64,000 nt of DNA from positions 64,001 through 128,000 of IMG/VR virus record IMGVR_UViG_3300025888_000011. One strand, written 5' to 3'. Shown here one piece after another: positions 19,185 to 29,744 of this stretch. Within the stretch, counting starts at the first letter, position 1. Every line of letters starts with the position of its first letter. Source of the DNA: a virus. Under the pieces are notes generated by a model. That model was not told where the DNA came from and did no database searches. It saw only the letters and a list, made by a program, of their open reading frames with translations. Position numbers and translations under genes: made by a program.

Positions 19185-20162
19185 ATGATAGCAAAAATGA
19201 CTGATTTACAGAAAGTATCTTTAGATACATATAGGGGTGTTGTAACAAACTACTCTACATCAGAAGGAAATGACGCAATAAGAAATGCAATATTAGAAGC
19301 AGTAGGTGGCGAATGGTCTTATAATAAATTTATGAAAAATCAATATGATGTATATGAGATTCTTATTGAAACACTTTCTATTGGAATGGGAACTCTTTTA
19401 TTAGACCAATTAAACAACTTTGTTGAAATGAAAGATACTAATTTAGGAGATACTACTACATTTATTGTAGAGGATAATTCTTTATTTAAAGTAGCATCTA
19501 TATGTGATGGTAACACAGATATCAGAAGACAGAAATTACATTCAAGAAAATTCCCAATAACTACTGAAAGACTTGGTTTAAAGGTGTATGCTGATTTAGA
19601 GATGTTTATGGCAAATAGAATAGATTGGACTAAAATGATAAACAGAGTTTCAGTTTCATTCAATGCAGAAATAGGTAGTAGAATATATAACGCATTATAT
19701 GCTTCATACGCAGGACTAAACGCTCCTTATGCTGTAACAGGTGTTTTTACATCTGAAGCACTAGCAGATATGGTTGCACATGTAGAAGCACAAACAGGTC
19801 AAACTGTTGTTATCTATGGTACTAAGAAAGCATTAGGTAAAATTACTAACGCTAATCTTTCTGATAAAATGAAAGACGAATTACACTTAGTAGGACATTT
19901 TGGTAGTTTCCAAGGAACAGAATTACTTGAATTACCACAAGCTCACAAAGCTAATACAGATACATTTGTAGTAACAGATGACTTCTTACTTGTAGTTCCA
20001 AATGGTGAAAAAATAGTAAAGGTTGTTTTAGAAGGAGAACCTACTATGTATGAAACATCAGCAGGTGCAAGAAACGATGAGCAAATGGAATTCTTCTTTG
20101 CTAGAAAAGTTGGTATTGCTGTATTAAAAGCTTCACAATATGGTTTTTACAAAATATCATAA
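19185..20162 (+). CDS. Major capsid protein
   Basis: 325 aa, position, strong RBS, IYGTKKALGK motif, followed by a terminator. Confidence 0.8.
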   Translation: MIAKMTDLQKVSLDTYRGVVTNYSTSEGNDAIRNAILEAVGGEWSYNKFMKNQYDVYEILIETLSIGMGTLLLDQLNNFVEMKDTNLGDTTTFIVEDNSLFKVASICDGNTDIRRQKLHSRKFPITTERLGLKVYADLEMFMANRIDWTKMINRVSVSFNAEIGSRIYNALYASYAGLNAPYAVTGVFTSEALADMVAHVEAQTGQTVVIYGTKKALGKITNANLSDKMKDELHLVGHFGSFQGTELLELPQAHKANTDTFVVTDDFLLVVPNGEKIVKVVLEGEPTMYETSAGARNDEQMEFFFARKVGIAVLKASQYGFYKIS

Positions 20163-20178
20163 TAAGAATATAAAATAT

Positions 20179-20211
20179 AAAAGTAGATATATTAATTTAT
20201 GTCTACTTTTT
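20179..20211 (+). terminator. Terminator after major capsid gene
   Basis: AAAAGTAGATAT/ATGTCTACTTTT stem plus T run. Confidence 0.7.
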
Positions 20212-20247
20212 AATAATTAAATTAGATAGAAAAGGAGATTAATAAAA

Positions 20248-20865
20248 ATGGCAAATGTAAAGAAAGAAACTATAGATGTAGTAGAAAAAGCAGAAGATAA
20301 GAAAATAGAGACTAAAGTAGAACCTAAAATAGAGGTTGAAGCAAAAAAGGAAACAGTAGTACAACCTAAAAAAAGAATAAAAGTAGATAGAACAACAGAA
20401 GTTAAAATAATGAATAATACAAATGGAATATTTATTTATGAAAATGATAAGACGAATACGAGTTGTATTCTAACTAAATTTGGTGACGAAGATTATTTAA
20501 CTATTGATGAATTATTAAAAATGAAAAATTCACATAGAGATATAATTGAGAAATTTTGGATAAGAATTGTAAATGTTGAAAATGAAGAAATTGAAATGGA
20601 AGATGTATTAAATTTTCTATTGATAGATGATTTATATAAAAATGCATTAAATGCTGAACAAGTTGATGAAATGCTTTTAACAGAATCTGATGAAAGATTT
20701 GAAACAGTATTTTTAAAACTACATAAAGAATTTAAAAATAGAATAATAGAAAGAGCTACAATTTTATTTGAAGAAAAAAGATTTAATGATTTCTATAAAA
20801 TGCAACTTATAACAGAATATTTAAATAACGATGAGTTTTTCAAAGAAATTGCTGAGAGAAAGTAA
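20248..20865 (+). CDS. Hypothetical head-module protein (YonA position)
   Basis: RBS AAGGAG; position after capsid gene. Confidence 0.55.
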   Translation: MANVKKETIDVVEKAEDKKIETKVEPKIEVEAKKETVVQPKKRIKVDRTTEVKIMNNTNGIFIYENDKTNTSCILTKFGDEDYLTIDELLKMKNSHRDIIEKFWIRIVNVENEEIEMEDVLNFLLIDDLYKNALNAEQVDEMLLTESDERFETVFLKLHKEFKNRIIERATILFEEKRFNDFYKMQLITEYLNNDEFFKEIAERK

Positions 20866-20890
20866 TATAAAAAGGTGGTGAAACAAATAA

Positions 20891-21307
20891 ATGGCTACCA
20901 CATTTCAAGATATATATAATAAATTCTTATTTCAAGTAAGAGATTTAGAGTTTGATTTATTAGAAGATGCTGAATTAGAACAACTACTATATAATTATTT
21001 AGAAAATGCTACAGTAGAATTCAAACAATGTAGAAAAGATTTAAATGATTTTGATAAAACTTTAGAGCAGTTTAATGTAAATTTATCTATTGAGGAAATA
21101 TATATCGTTTCTTTAGGAATGGTATTACATTGGTTAAGACCTAAAATCAATAGAGAAGAACTATTAAAGCAATCTATAGGTGATAGAGATTATAAATTAG
21201 CATCTAATTGGCAAACTTTAGGTAAATTAATGGATAGAGAAATAATGATACAAAATAATCTTAAAAACTACATATCAAAATATCAATATATTGCTAGTGA
21301 AATCTAG
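20891..21307 (+). CDS. Head-tail adaptor
   Basis: MATTFQDIYNKFL..F..DL..EI..GMV..WL pattern; position. Confidence 0.6.
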   Translation: MATTFQDIYNKFLFQVRDLEFDLLEDAELEQLLYNYLENATVEFKQCRKDLNDFDKTLEQFNVNLSIEEIYIVSLGMVLHWLRPKINREELLKQSIGDRDYKLASNWQTLGKLMDREIMIQNNLKNYISKYQYIASEI

Positions 21308-21325
21308 AAAGGAGGATTTTTTATT

Positions 21326-22366
21326 ATGGGAAAGTTTGATTTATTTAGAAAACTAAATACAATAAATGGTAGTACGTCACAAGAAGTAATCGTAAATAAT
21401 ATAGAAAAAGAATTTGACCAATATATAAAAAATACTCCTAATTCTTATATTTCTACTAGATATAATGATGTAAGTAATGTAGAAATTAAATGTACATTAC
21501 AAGATGCAGGTTTTAATGATAAGAAAAATGGTGATGAGAAAATACTTTGTACTTATTTATCTTGTGATTTAAAACAAGGTGATATTATAAAAATAGAAAG
21601 TAAAATATATCTTATTACATTTCAAGAAGATAATACTATTAAAACACATAATACATATATTGTAAGACCTTGTAATAGTCAATTAAAGTTTAAATATAAT
21701 GGAGTTATTTATTCCATTCCCGCAATTATTACGAATCAAAGTCCATATTTAGTTGGAGTTGCTGATGGGAAATATTTTGATGTAGGAAACGTGAAATTAA
21801 GTTGTTCTCTTGGAATAAATTTATTAAACAAGGATGTAGTTAAAGTTATATTTAGAGGAATGAGATTTATTCTTTATTCAAATGGAGTAAGAATTGCTTA
21901 TAAAATAACCTCAACAGATACTATTTCAAAAGAAGGATTATTAGCACTTGTATTAGAAGAAAGTAACGACTTAAAAATTGAGGATGTGGGAGATGTGGCT
22001 TTTAACAATTATGAAACTAATACCGAACTAGAAACACCTGTGATTCCAACACCAACATATAAGATAGTTAGTTCTACAGGGGATGTTAATTATTTATTTA
22101 ATGGAAGTGTTAGAACATTTAAGGTTGTCAGTGCAGATGGTACAACTATAACAGATAACTCATTTACTTTTACTCTAGGTCAAAGTTCAACTAATCCTGC
22201 TATGACACCAATAATGCTTATAACTCTCATAGATAATAAAACAACCTTAGCTGTGCGTTTAACTCCACATGTTACAAATAAAGGATATTTCCTTTTAATT
22301 GCCACAGATTCTTTAGGTAATATAACTAGTCGAGAATTACGAGTGAAGGGAAATTATGATATATAA
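21326..22366 (+). CDS. Head closure protein with Ig-like C-terminal extension
   Basis: LKQGDII..YLI..CN pattern; beta-rich C-terminus; position. Confidence 0.5.
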   Translation: MGKFDLFRKLNTINGSTSQEVIVNNIEKEFDQYIKNTPNSYISTRYNDVSNVEIKCTLQDAGFNDKKNGDEKILCTYLSCDLKQGDIIKIESKIYLITFQEDNTIKTHNTYIVRPCNSQLKFKYNGVIYSIPAIITNQSPYLVGVADGKYFDVGNVKLSCSLGINLLNKDVVKVIFRGMRFILYSNGVRIAYKITSTDTISKEGLLALVLEESNDLKIEDVGDVAFNNYETNTELETPVIPTPTYKIVSSTGDVNYLFNGSVRTFKVVSADGTTITDNSFTFTLGQSSTNPAMTPIMLITLIDNKTTLAVRLTPHVTNKGYFLLIATDSLGNITSRELRVKGNYDI

Positions 22367-22395
22367 ATAATATAAAAGATTAAAGGAGTATTTAT

Positions 22396-22554
22396 ATGAA
22401 AATATTTAATATTAAACAAGCAGATATATTCATTAAGAACTCTGCTACTCCAATAGGAGTAAATACAGGGAATAAATTTAAAGTGTTCATAGAATTTGAA
22501 GAAAACCAAATATTTAAAGATTTAATGGTGCGATGGCTAAATAAAGAATTTTAG
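22396..22554 (+). CDS. DUF5659-like small protein (52 aa, absent from ORF track)
   Basis: RBS AAGGAG; MKIFNIKQADIFIKNSATPIGVNTGNKFKVFIEFEENQIFKDLMVRWLNKEF. Confidence 0.7.
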   Translation: MKIFNIKQADIFIKNSATPIGVNTGNKFKVFIEFEENQIFKDLMVRWLNKEF

Positions 22555-22602
22555 CTATTTTTTATTGCCCAAAATAATACGATTTAAGGGAGGATTTATA
22601 AT

Positions 22603-23730
22603 ATGGGATTGAGTATTAACAAAATATCATTTAAAAAATGGTGTATGGATAACTTATCAAAAAAAGAAGCAAACAATATTTTAGACAGATGGGATTATGA
22701 ATTAAATAATAAAAAACCTGATGAAATTGGATATAGTTCAAAAGGAGAAAACAATAAAGGATATTGGTTTAAGTGCTTAGAGCATCTTGAACATGGAAGT
22801 GAATTAAAAAATATTAAGAATTTCGTATATGGACATAAGAAAAGTATAGATTGTTACCAATGTAATTCTTTTGCTCAGTGGGGAATCGACAATATATGTA
22901 GTGATTTCTTAGAAAAATATTGGGATTATAATAAAAATGATAAACTAGAACTAAATCCTTGGGAAATATCTAAATGTGTATATAAGGAAGTTTGGATATT
23001 TTGTAAAAACAAAGATAAGCCTCATCATGGAAGCTACATTATAGGATGTGGTTATTTTGTAAAAGGTAGACGTTGTCCTTATTGTAGTCATAGAGGTGGA
23101 AAAACCCATCCATTAGATAGTTTTGGTCAATACATAATAGATAATCATGGAGTTAAATTTTTAATTGACATATGGTCTGATAAAAATAAGGTATCTCCTT
23201 TTGAATATGCACCAGGAAGTAATTATAAAGTTTGGTGGAAATGTTTAGATAATAAACACGATGATTATTTAAGAGAGATAAGCAGTTCAAATAGATTTGA
23301 ATATCGTTGCCCTGACTGTGTTCAAGAAAGAAATGAAAGTTTACTTGAAGAAAAGACTAGACTATATTTAAATGAGTTGGGATATGATATTTTACATGAG
23401 CGTCATTGCACTATTATCCCTAAAAATCCTAAAACAAAAATGCCTTTACCTTTTGATAATGAAATAAATATAAATGGAATAAAACTTATTTTGGAGGTTC
23501 ATGGAATTCAGCATTACAAATTATGTGGATTTCATATTTTAGCATCTAAACATAATAATACAACACCAGAGTATGAATTTCATATGCAAAAAGTAAGAGA
23601 TAAATATAAAAGTTATGTAGCATATAGAAATGGTTATAAGTATATTGCTATTCCATATACTTCTGACAATAAAAAGGAAAAATATAAAACTTTAATTGAT
23701 AATAAGATTAAAAAAATACAAAATAAGTAG
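22603..23730 (+). CDS. Free-standing zinc-ribbon repeat / PD-(D/E)XK (Vsr/DUF559-like) endonuclease
   Basis: WxKC..H...CPxC repeats; LPFDNEI..LILEVHGIQH. Confidence 0.75.
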   Translation: MGLSINKISFKKWCMDNLSKKEANNILDRWDYELNNKKPDEIGYSSKGENNKGYWFKCLEHLEHGSELKNIKNFVYGHKKSIDCYQCNSFAQWGIDNICSDFLEKYWDYNKNDKLELNPWEISKCVYKEVWIFCKNKDKPHHGSYIIGCGYFVKGRRCPYCSHRGGKTHPLDSFGQYIIDNHGVKFLIDIWSDKNKVSPFEYAPGSNYKVWWKCLDNKHDDYLREISSSNRFEYRCPDCVQERNESLLEEKTRLYLNELGYDILHERHCTIIPKNPKTKMPLPFDNEININGIKLILEVHGIQHYKLCGFHILASKHNNTTPEYEFHMQKVRDKYKSYVAYRNGYKYIAIPYTSDNKKEKYKTLIDNKIKKIQNK

Positions 23731-23740
23731 GTGAAATAAT

Positions 23741-24283
23741 TTGAGCAACGTTTCCATGAAATTTCGTAATATAACAAAAATAAAAAATGGTATTATTAAT
23801 TTAATTTCACACGACAATAAAATCAAGAGGTACGTCTTATATCTTACGAGAGAGCCTTTAAATTTGTCAGCTTATGATACATCTAGTATTTTACAAGACC
23901 AACCAGATGTTGAAATTGATTTGGTTTTTGGAGACCCACATATTTATGGTTCAAGTTTTAATGATGTTGTATTAAGTGCATCACAAGTTACAATATTTGT
24001 ACATAGATATATGGGAGACCTTACTGGGAAAGCACTTGGCATAAATACTCTAATAGTGGATATAGTAACTCCTTTGGAATTCAATATTTTAAATGAAACT
24101 GAAGACCGTAATTCTGCCATAGCATGTTCTATATGCGATTTGGTCGACGATACATCAATTGGAGTAGGAAAAGCAAGTGTTGTTAAATATACTGAGTCAA
24201 GATACAGTCTTACTGATAATAATTATGAGATTCTTAGTTTATTCATAGAAGTTTCCACATCAAATTTAAGAGTTAATAAATAG
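23741..24283 (+). CDS. Probable tail terminator / neck protein
   Basis: Size and position between head closure and tail tube. Confidence 0.45.
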   Translation: MSNVSMKFRNITKIKNGIINLISHDNKIKRYVLYLTREPLNLSAYDTSSILQDQPDVEIDLVFGDPHIYGSSFNDVVLSASQVTIFVHRYMGDLTGKALGINTLIVDIVTPLEFNILNETEDRNSAIACSICDLVDDTSIGVGKASVVKYTESRYSLTDNNYEILSLFIEVSTSNLRVNK

Positions 24284-24320
24284 AATAAATAAAGTAAATA
24301 GAACAAGTAGGTGATTATTT

Positions 24321-25091
24321 ATGTTAGAGAATATTTTAAATGAACCATATGAATTAATTGAAATAGACAAAGAAACAAATGAAATAAAAAATGAAATATA
24401 TATTTATCCTATTATTATTAAAGATTATTTTAAATTTCAAATATTAACAAGATTATTATATGTGAGTAAAGGTAATTTTTCAGAAACAGAAATTCCTTTA
24501 TTAGATTTAATTGTATTTCATTTAATTGATGTTGAATTAACTGACGAACAAAATATTATTAATAGAAATGATAGAATAAAAGAATTAGAACAAGTGTTTT
24601 CAATAATTATTAGAAAAGAAATACATTTTTATGAAGATAAAACACATTATCAATTTATTTCAGATGATAAGAAAAGTATAATACATAATTTAAATTACAA
24701 TGAAATTAGAACAATAATAATGAATCAAAATTTAATGTTTGAGCCTAAGATTTATAAAAATAAATTAGTGCAAGAATGGGCAGATTCAACTTTAAATGCA
24801 AAAATGAAAAATCAGCCCAAGATTGGAATGGAAGAGATGTTATCAACTATTTCTGTGAAAACAGGTAAACATTATTGGGATTTAAAAGAATATAGTATTT
24901 ATCAAATCTATAGTGATTTTTATAGATTAAGAAAAGACAAAAATTATGATACAAGTTACGCAATGAAATTACAAGGAGTTGATATAAGTATAGAAGATTT
25001 TGCAGAATGTCTAGATTTATATAAAAATCCTTATGATAGTGTATTTGTTGATGATGGGAAATTAGACCAAATAAAAAATGTTTGTAAATAG
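24321..25091 (+). CDS. Conserved tail-module protein (possible assembly chaperone)
   Basis: IYPI.IKDY..IRTIIM.QN..YSIYQ..F.R pattern; position. Confidence 0.45.
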   Translation: MLENILNEPYELIEIDKETNEIKNEIYIYPIIIKDYFKFQILTRLLYVSKGNFSETEIPLLDLIVFHLIDVELTDEQNIINRNDRIKELEQVFSIIIRKEIHFYEDKTHYQFISDDKKSIIHNLNYNEIRTIIMNQNLMFEPKIYKNKLVQEWADSTLNAKMKNQPKIGMEEMLSTISVKTGKHYWDLKEYSIYQIYSDFYRLRKDKNYDTSYAMKLQGVDISIEDFAECLDLYKNPYDSVFVDDGKLDQIKNVCK

Positions 25092-25159
25092 AACTAATTA
25101 TGGTTTTATTTAACATATATAAAATAAAATAATATAAAATACAAGGAGGAATAATTAAT

Positions 25160-25780
25160 ATGATAGCAGATATTTTTAAAGTACTATTAATTGATAATGC
25201 AACTGGTGAAACATTTGCAAGAACAACATTGGAATCAGCTTCAATAGAAATAAAAGAAGAGTCAAACGAGGTGGAAGGTGGAGGTTCAGTTTATGCTATA
25301 ATTCATAATGGAAAAAAAGAAACTATCGCATTGTCAGATGTAGAAGTCGACTTTGGCATTATAGCTAAACAACTTGGAGTAGACGCAGTTACAGGAGCAA
25401 CAATAGCTTATGCTATGCCTAAATTTTATACAGTAGAAACAGGTTTAATAATAACATTAGATAATGAACCATTAGTAGGTTCAATGTCTATATTTACAGA
25501 AGCAGGAGTTCCTATATTGGCAGTGGGTATTACATCAACTGTTGGAAAAGTAGTTACTCTTGCAACAGGTGTAGTAGGAGACCAAATAGAAGTAAGAACA
25601 TATAAATATCTTACTGGAGTGACAACTCAGTCTATAGAAATAAACAATACAAAGTTTGCAAAAGGTGTTACTGCTGTACTTGAAACAATAGAGATAACTC
25701 CTGAAGAAGTTCCTATAAATATCATTCAATTTATCTTTGATAGTTGTGCTTTTGATGGTGGATTTAAAATTGATACAAAG
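25160..25780 (+). CDS. Major tail tube protein, exon 1 (3' boundary approximate)
   Basis: Strong RBS AGGAGG; EVEGGG motif; reading frame runs into intron sequence after FKIDTK. Confidence 0.65.
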
Positions 25781-26212
25781 ATAATAAGATGGTTGCACAA
25801 ACTATCTTAGCCTCGTACATTCAGAAATGAGTGTAGGACACAGATTTAATTGCAGGTAACTCCCAAGAGCCTTACACCACAATATAACTGAAAAGATTAT
25901 ATGAAGGTACGAAAGTAGAAAAAACGTAAGGATGGATATAAGGTTAAATCCTAAGTATCTGATAATATTCTACATATTATAAAACGGATGTTCATGCAGG
26001 TAAGCACCTAATGAGTAGAAATACTACGGTGAAACTTCAACGACTATCCTTGAAATAGGAGTAAAGCCACAAGCGATTGGTGGAAGAAAAAGTCTGCCCT
26101 TAACAAATAATGTTGAAGGTGAAGAAATAGTCTACTCACGTTGAGAAATCAAGTGGTCACTTAATTAACTAGAGTGACATTTATGGAGTAGCGTTCATGA
26201 GTAAATATAAAG
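25781..26212 (+). ncRNA. Group I intron (ORF-less, ~430 nt) in tail tube gene; exact splice sites uncertain
   Basis: P3 CAGATTT/AAGTCTG, P4 TGCAGG/CATGCA, P7 AACGACTA/TAGTCT, GAAA-capped P2. Confidence 0.85.
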
Positions 26213-26317
26213 GCAAAACGTGACGCAGTAAAGCATGACATTGGACTTAAAGTGTTGAAAAAGAGAAGTAAGGACTCAGTTGGCAAGATTCTTAGAATTC
26301 CAATAGCAACAGTATAA
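26213..26317 (+). CDS. Major tail tube protein, exon 2
   Basis: Open frame AKRDAVKHDIGLKVLKKRSKDSVGKILRIPIATV* after an intron-terminal G. Confidence 0.65.
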   Translation, partial: AKRDAVKHDIGLKVLKKRSKDSVGKILRIPIATV

Positions 26318-26335
26318 AATAAAATAATATAAATA

Positions 26336-26364
26336 TTGACATTATAGTAAAAGTGACATATAAT
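26336..26364 (+). promoter_or_regulatory. SigA consensus promoter for RNA leader B and endonuclease
   Basis: TTGACA-17 nt-TATAAT. Confidence 0.85.
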
Positions 26365-26370
26365 AGAATT

Positions 26371-26474
26371 AGAGGATAGATAAGGAGTAGCTCTTCATAT
26401 CGAAAACACATTTCTCCAAATGTGTTCCTCTGTTTTACAAATGGAGGAATAATTATTTGGAGGTAATTAATAAA
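26371..26474 (+). ncRNA. Three-way-junction leader RNA, copy B (anti-SD in P3)
   Basis: P1 AGAGGA/TCCTCT, P2 GATA-AGGA/TCTT-TATC, GAAAA, P3 CACATTT/AAATGTG with CTCC loop; complementary to TGGAGGAAT (26442) and ATTTGGAGG (26455). Confidence 0.7.
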
Positions 26475-27914
26475 ATGTCTAAAAAGAAAACAATAAAACA
26501 ATATAAAAATGAAGTATATAAATTGGTAAATACAGAGTATGATATATTAGGTGATTACAATGGAAATAAAATTAATATACAAATGAGACATAACAATGAA
26601 AGTTGTAGTAATTTTGAATTTCCAATGAGTCCTAATAGTTTTTTAAGAGGTCAGAGGTGTCCTAAGTGTAGTGGAAGAATGAAGAAAACAACTGAGCAAT
26701 TTAAGAAAGAAGTCTTTAAAATTGAAGGTGAAAAATATGATGTTTTAGGTGATTATATAAATAATCACACTAAAATATTAATGCGACATAATTGTGAAAA
26801 ATGTAATAATCATGAATATGATGTAACTCCAAAGGATTTTTTATTTGGGTATAGATGTCCTAAATGTTTTGGTACTCCTTTAAAAACACAAGAGGAATTT
26901 GAAACAGAAGTATATAGTTTGGTACAAGATAAATATACTGTTTTAGGAAAGTATAAAACTAATAAGACTAAAATATTAATGAAGCATAATTGTAAAGAGT
27001 GTGATAGTTTTGAATTTGAAATGTCTCCTAACTCTTTTTTAAGTAAAAATCAACGATGTCCAAAATGTGGTGGCACTATGTTAAAGACCGATGAGCAGTT
27101 TAAAAGTGAGGTTTTTAATCTCGTAAAAGTTGAGTATGTAGTATTAGAAAAATATATAGGTGCACATACTAAAATTTTATTTAAACACAATTCAGATAAA
27201 TGTAATAATCATGAATTTCCAATGACTCCTGATAGTTTCTTATCTGGAGAGCAAAGATGTCCAAAGTGTGGTGGAACAAAAAAGAAAACAGATAAAGAAT
27301 TCAAGCAACAAATATTTAGTTTAGTTGGTGATGAATACACAGTCTTAGAAGAATATATAAATGATAGTACTAAAATAATGTTTAGACATAATAATAAAGG
27401 ATGTGGTAATTATGAATATCCAGTGAAGCCTAACTCTTTCTTAAATGGACACAGATGTCCTAAATGTAATGAATCTAAAGGTGAACAAGCAATAAGACAT
27501 TACTGTAAAGATAATAATATAAATTTTACTCCACAATATATTTATGAAGACTTATTATCTGACTTAGGTAATCCATTAAAGTATGATTTTGCAATATTTA
27601 ATGATATAAATAAAATAGATTTAAAATATCTAATAGAATATGATGGAGAATTCCATTATAAAGTTATAAAATATAAAAATGAAACTATAGAATGGGCTGA
27701 AGCAAAATTTGCAAAACAAAAATATCATGACAAATTAAAAAATGAATATTGTATTGAAAATAATATAGAATTATTAAGAATACCATATTGGGAATTTGAT
27801 AATTTAGAAAGAATATTAACAGATTATTTAATACACGGAAAAGAAATAAGTGAATTGGGAATAAGAGAATACATTGATGATATTGAGATTAATAATATTG
27901 CATGTAATAGCTAA
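26475..27914 (+). CDS. Free-standing endonuclease: five ~66-aa Zn-finger repeats plus PD-(D/E)XK domain
   Basis: Five HN..C..P..FL..RCPKC repeats; SKGE, LKYDFAI..LIEYDGEFH; start taken at the ATG after SD GGAGG. Confidence 0.8.
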   Translation: MSKKKTIKQYKNEVYKLVNTEYDILGDYNGNKINIQMRHNNESCSNFEFPMSPNSFLRGQRCPKCSGRMKKTTEQFKKEVFKIEGEKYDVLGDYINNHTKILMRHNCEKCNNHEYDVTPKDFLFGYRCPKCFGTPLKTQEEFETEVYSLVQDKYTVLGKYKTNKTKILMKHNCKECDSFEFEMSPNSFLSKNQRCPKCGGTMLKTDEQFKSEVFNLVKVEYVVLEKYIGAHTKILFKHNSDKCNNHEFPMTPDSFLSGEQRCPKCGGTKKKTDKEFKQQIFSLVGDEYTVLEEYINDSTKIMFRHNNKGCGNYEYPVKPNSFLNGHRCPKCNESKGEQAIRHYCKDNNINFTPQYIYEDLLSDLGNPLKYDFAIFNDINKIDLKYLIEYDGEFHYKVIKYKNETIEWAEAKFAKQKYHDKLKNEYCIENNIELLRIPYWEFDNLERILTDYLIHGKEISELGIREYIDDIEINNIACNS

Positions 27915-28026
27915 GCATACAACTTATTATTATCAGAATAATATAACATAGAATTCGTCTTTTATTCAGAAATATTATCATTAAACAAATAACAATATAA
28001 TAATATAAATAAAAAGGAGACTAAAT

Positions 28027-28365
28027 ATGATTGAATACATAAATAACACAAATACATTTAAATTAAAATATTCTTCAGTTGTATATCCACCCTTCAATAT
28101 CAATGTCAATACAATATATGATTGCACAATTGAAAATAATATATATTCTATAATAATAAATAAAATAAAAAAGGATTTTAATGTAGAATATATAAAAGCA
28201 TTATTTTCACCAATAGAAGGAAAATGGAGTGATTATATAAAAACTTTTGAAATTCCAATTATAGAAAAAGAAGTTAATCCAAATATAGAAATTAAATCTG
28301 AACCTATTAAAAATAAAATTCCAATAATATCTGAAGTAATTATTCCAAAACCAATAGTTAAATAA
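28027..28365 (+). CDS. Hypothetical protein
   Basis: RBS AAGGAG. Confidence 0.55.
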   Translation: MIEYINNTNTFKLKYSSVVYPPFNINVNTIYDCTIENNIYSIIINKIKKDFNVEYIKALFSPIEGKWSDYIKTFEIPIIEKEVNPNIEIKSEPIKNKIPIISEVIIPKPIVK

Positions 28366-28565
28366 TCAAGTTGTTTGAAGACAATATAAAATGTATTGTC
28401 TTTTTCTTATATAGCCTAATATTTAGCTTCTTACAAAAGGCTTAAAATGTTAGGCTATATTTTTTGTTCTAATATACATTCTCTAAAAATGTATCTAAAT
28501 TCAAGCTAATTAACTAGTTGGTTTGCATTTATATATATAAAATATAAAATTAAAGGAGGGAATTT

Positions 28566-29744
28566 ATGACATCGCAAGAAGCTTTACAAAGTGCAATAGA
28601 ATTATCTATAGCAAGCGTAACAGGAAATGGTACAACAAAAGTATCTCTAAATTGTCAATATCCTATATTTGATATTGCATTAGATGTAAATTTAAAATTT
28701 GATATATTAATATATCCAACAGTTGAATTTCCTATAAATAAAATAATTGCAGTTAAAATAGGGAGTAATCCTCAAGCATTTTTTACAGTAAGTTCTAACT
28801 CAAAAGCTTTATGGTTATCCGAATTAATGGGAATTACAAGAGAATTATTTAATATAAAAGTTACAGAAACTATTGAGTTTGAATTCCAAAATCCTGAATT
28901 AGTGCAATTTAAATTAATTACTGCATTAGATGGTAATTTTGGAAATGCTATAGATATTGTAAATAATGGATTAACAAGTGAACAGTTTCTTATTAAAGCA
29001 ACAAGTATAAATCCATCCGATGAAAGTTCTGTTTCTGCTATAAGAAATGCAATAGATAATACTACTTCTGTTGTTACAAATAATGGAACAAATGTAATAA
29101 CTGTAAATAATATTTACCCTATATTTGGTAGTCAATTACCTATGACTTATATAGTAGACAGTTTAATTACTTTTGAAAAAATATTACCTATGGGTAGTGA
29201 AATATTTATTAAACATAATGGAGTATTTTATAAAAAAGTAATAACAACTAAGAATTTTAAAAATATATGGTTTAGTGATTTAGTAGAAGACACAAGAGGA
29301 GCTTTATTTTCAAAAGTTACTGAAGAATACGAATTCACATTTGTATATGACCAAAGTATCAATATTAAATTAATCACAGGAGAATTAACTAATTTTACAA
29401 ACTGTAACGTTGTTGTAAATCAATTAACATATGGATTATTTGAAGTAGCAAATAGTAATTCACTTATCAGTAACCCTATTATTTTAAACGACTGTAATTT
29501 TGTAATTACTTATGAAGATTACGAAAGAATAATAAAAAGTGCGAGACTAGAATTAGGCAATGACCAATATATTAACATAGATTATGTGATGGATAATTCA
29601 ACCACTCCTCCTAAAAAGTATATGAGAATTTCCCATTTAGATGAAAACTATAATGTAGAGATAAATCTTTTAATGGATATGAAAGGGATAGTTAATTATT
29701 TAGAACTATTAAAAGATATGGCAAGAGGATTATATGTTAAATAA
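28566..29744 (+). CDS. Hypothetical protein with tandem duplicated beta domain
   Basis: YPIF..LWLSEL..KVTETIEF..KLIT repeated as YPIF..IWFSDL..KVTEEYEF..KLIT. Confidence 0.6.
   Translation: MTSQEALQSAIELSIASVTGNGTTKVSLNCQYPIFDIALDVNLKFDILIYPTVEFPINKIIAVKIGSNPQAFFTVSSNSKALWLSELMGITRELFNIKVTETIEFEFQNPELVQFKLITALDGNFGNAIDIVNNGLTSEQFLIKATSINPSDESSVSAIRNAIDNTTSVVTNNGTNVITVNNIYPIFGSQLPMTYIVDSLITFEKILPMGSEIFIKHNGVFYKKVITTKNFKNIWFSDLVEDTRGALFSKVTEEYEFTFVYDQSINIKLITGELTNFTNCNVVVNQLTYGLFEVANSNSLISNPIILNDCNFVITYEDYERIIKSARLELGNDQYINIDYVMDNSTTPPKKYMRISHLDENYNVEINLLMDMKGIVNYLELLKDMARGLYVK

Noticed and set aside
26441-26452. Mini-ORFs overlapping the decoy sites of the RNA leaders (ATG GAG GAA TAA; ATG GTA TAA at 58930)
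   Set aside because: No SD precedes them and such short ORFs are common in AT-rich DNA; noted only as a possibility
27948-27965. Palindrome ATAGAA-N6-TTTTAT, with a similar one near 60720, as a repressor site
   Set aside because: Only two imperfect copies in very AT-rich DNA; not distinguishable from chance
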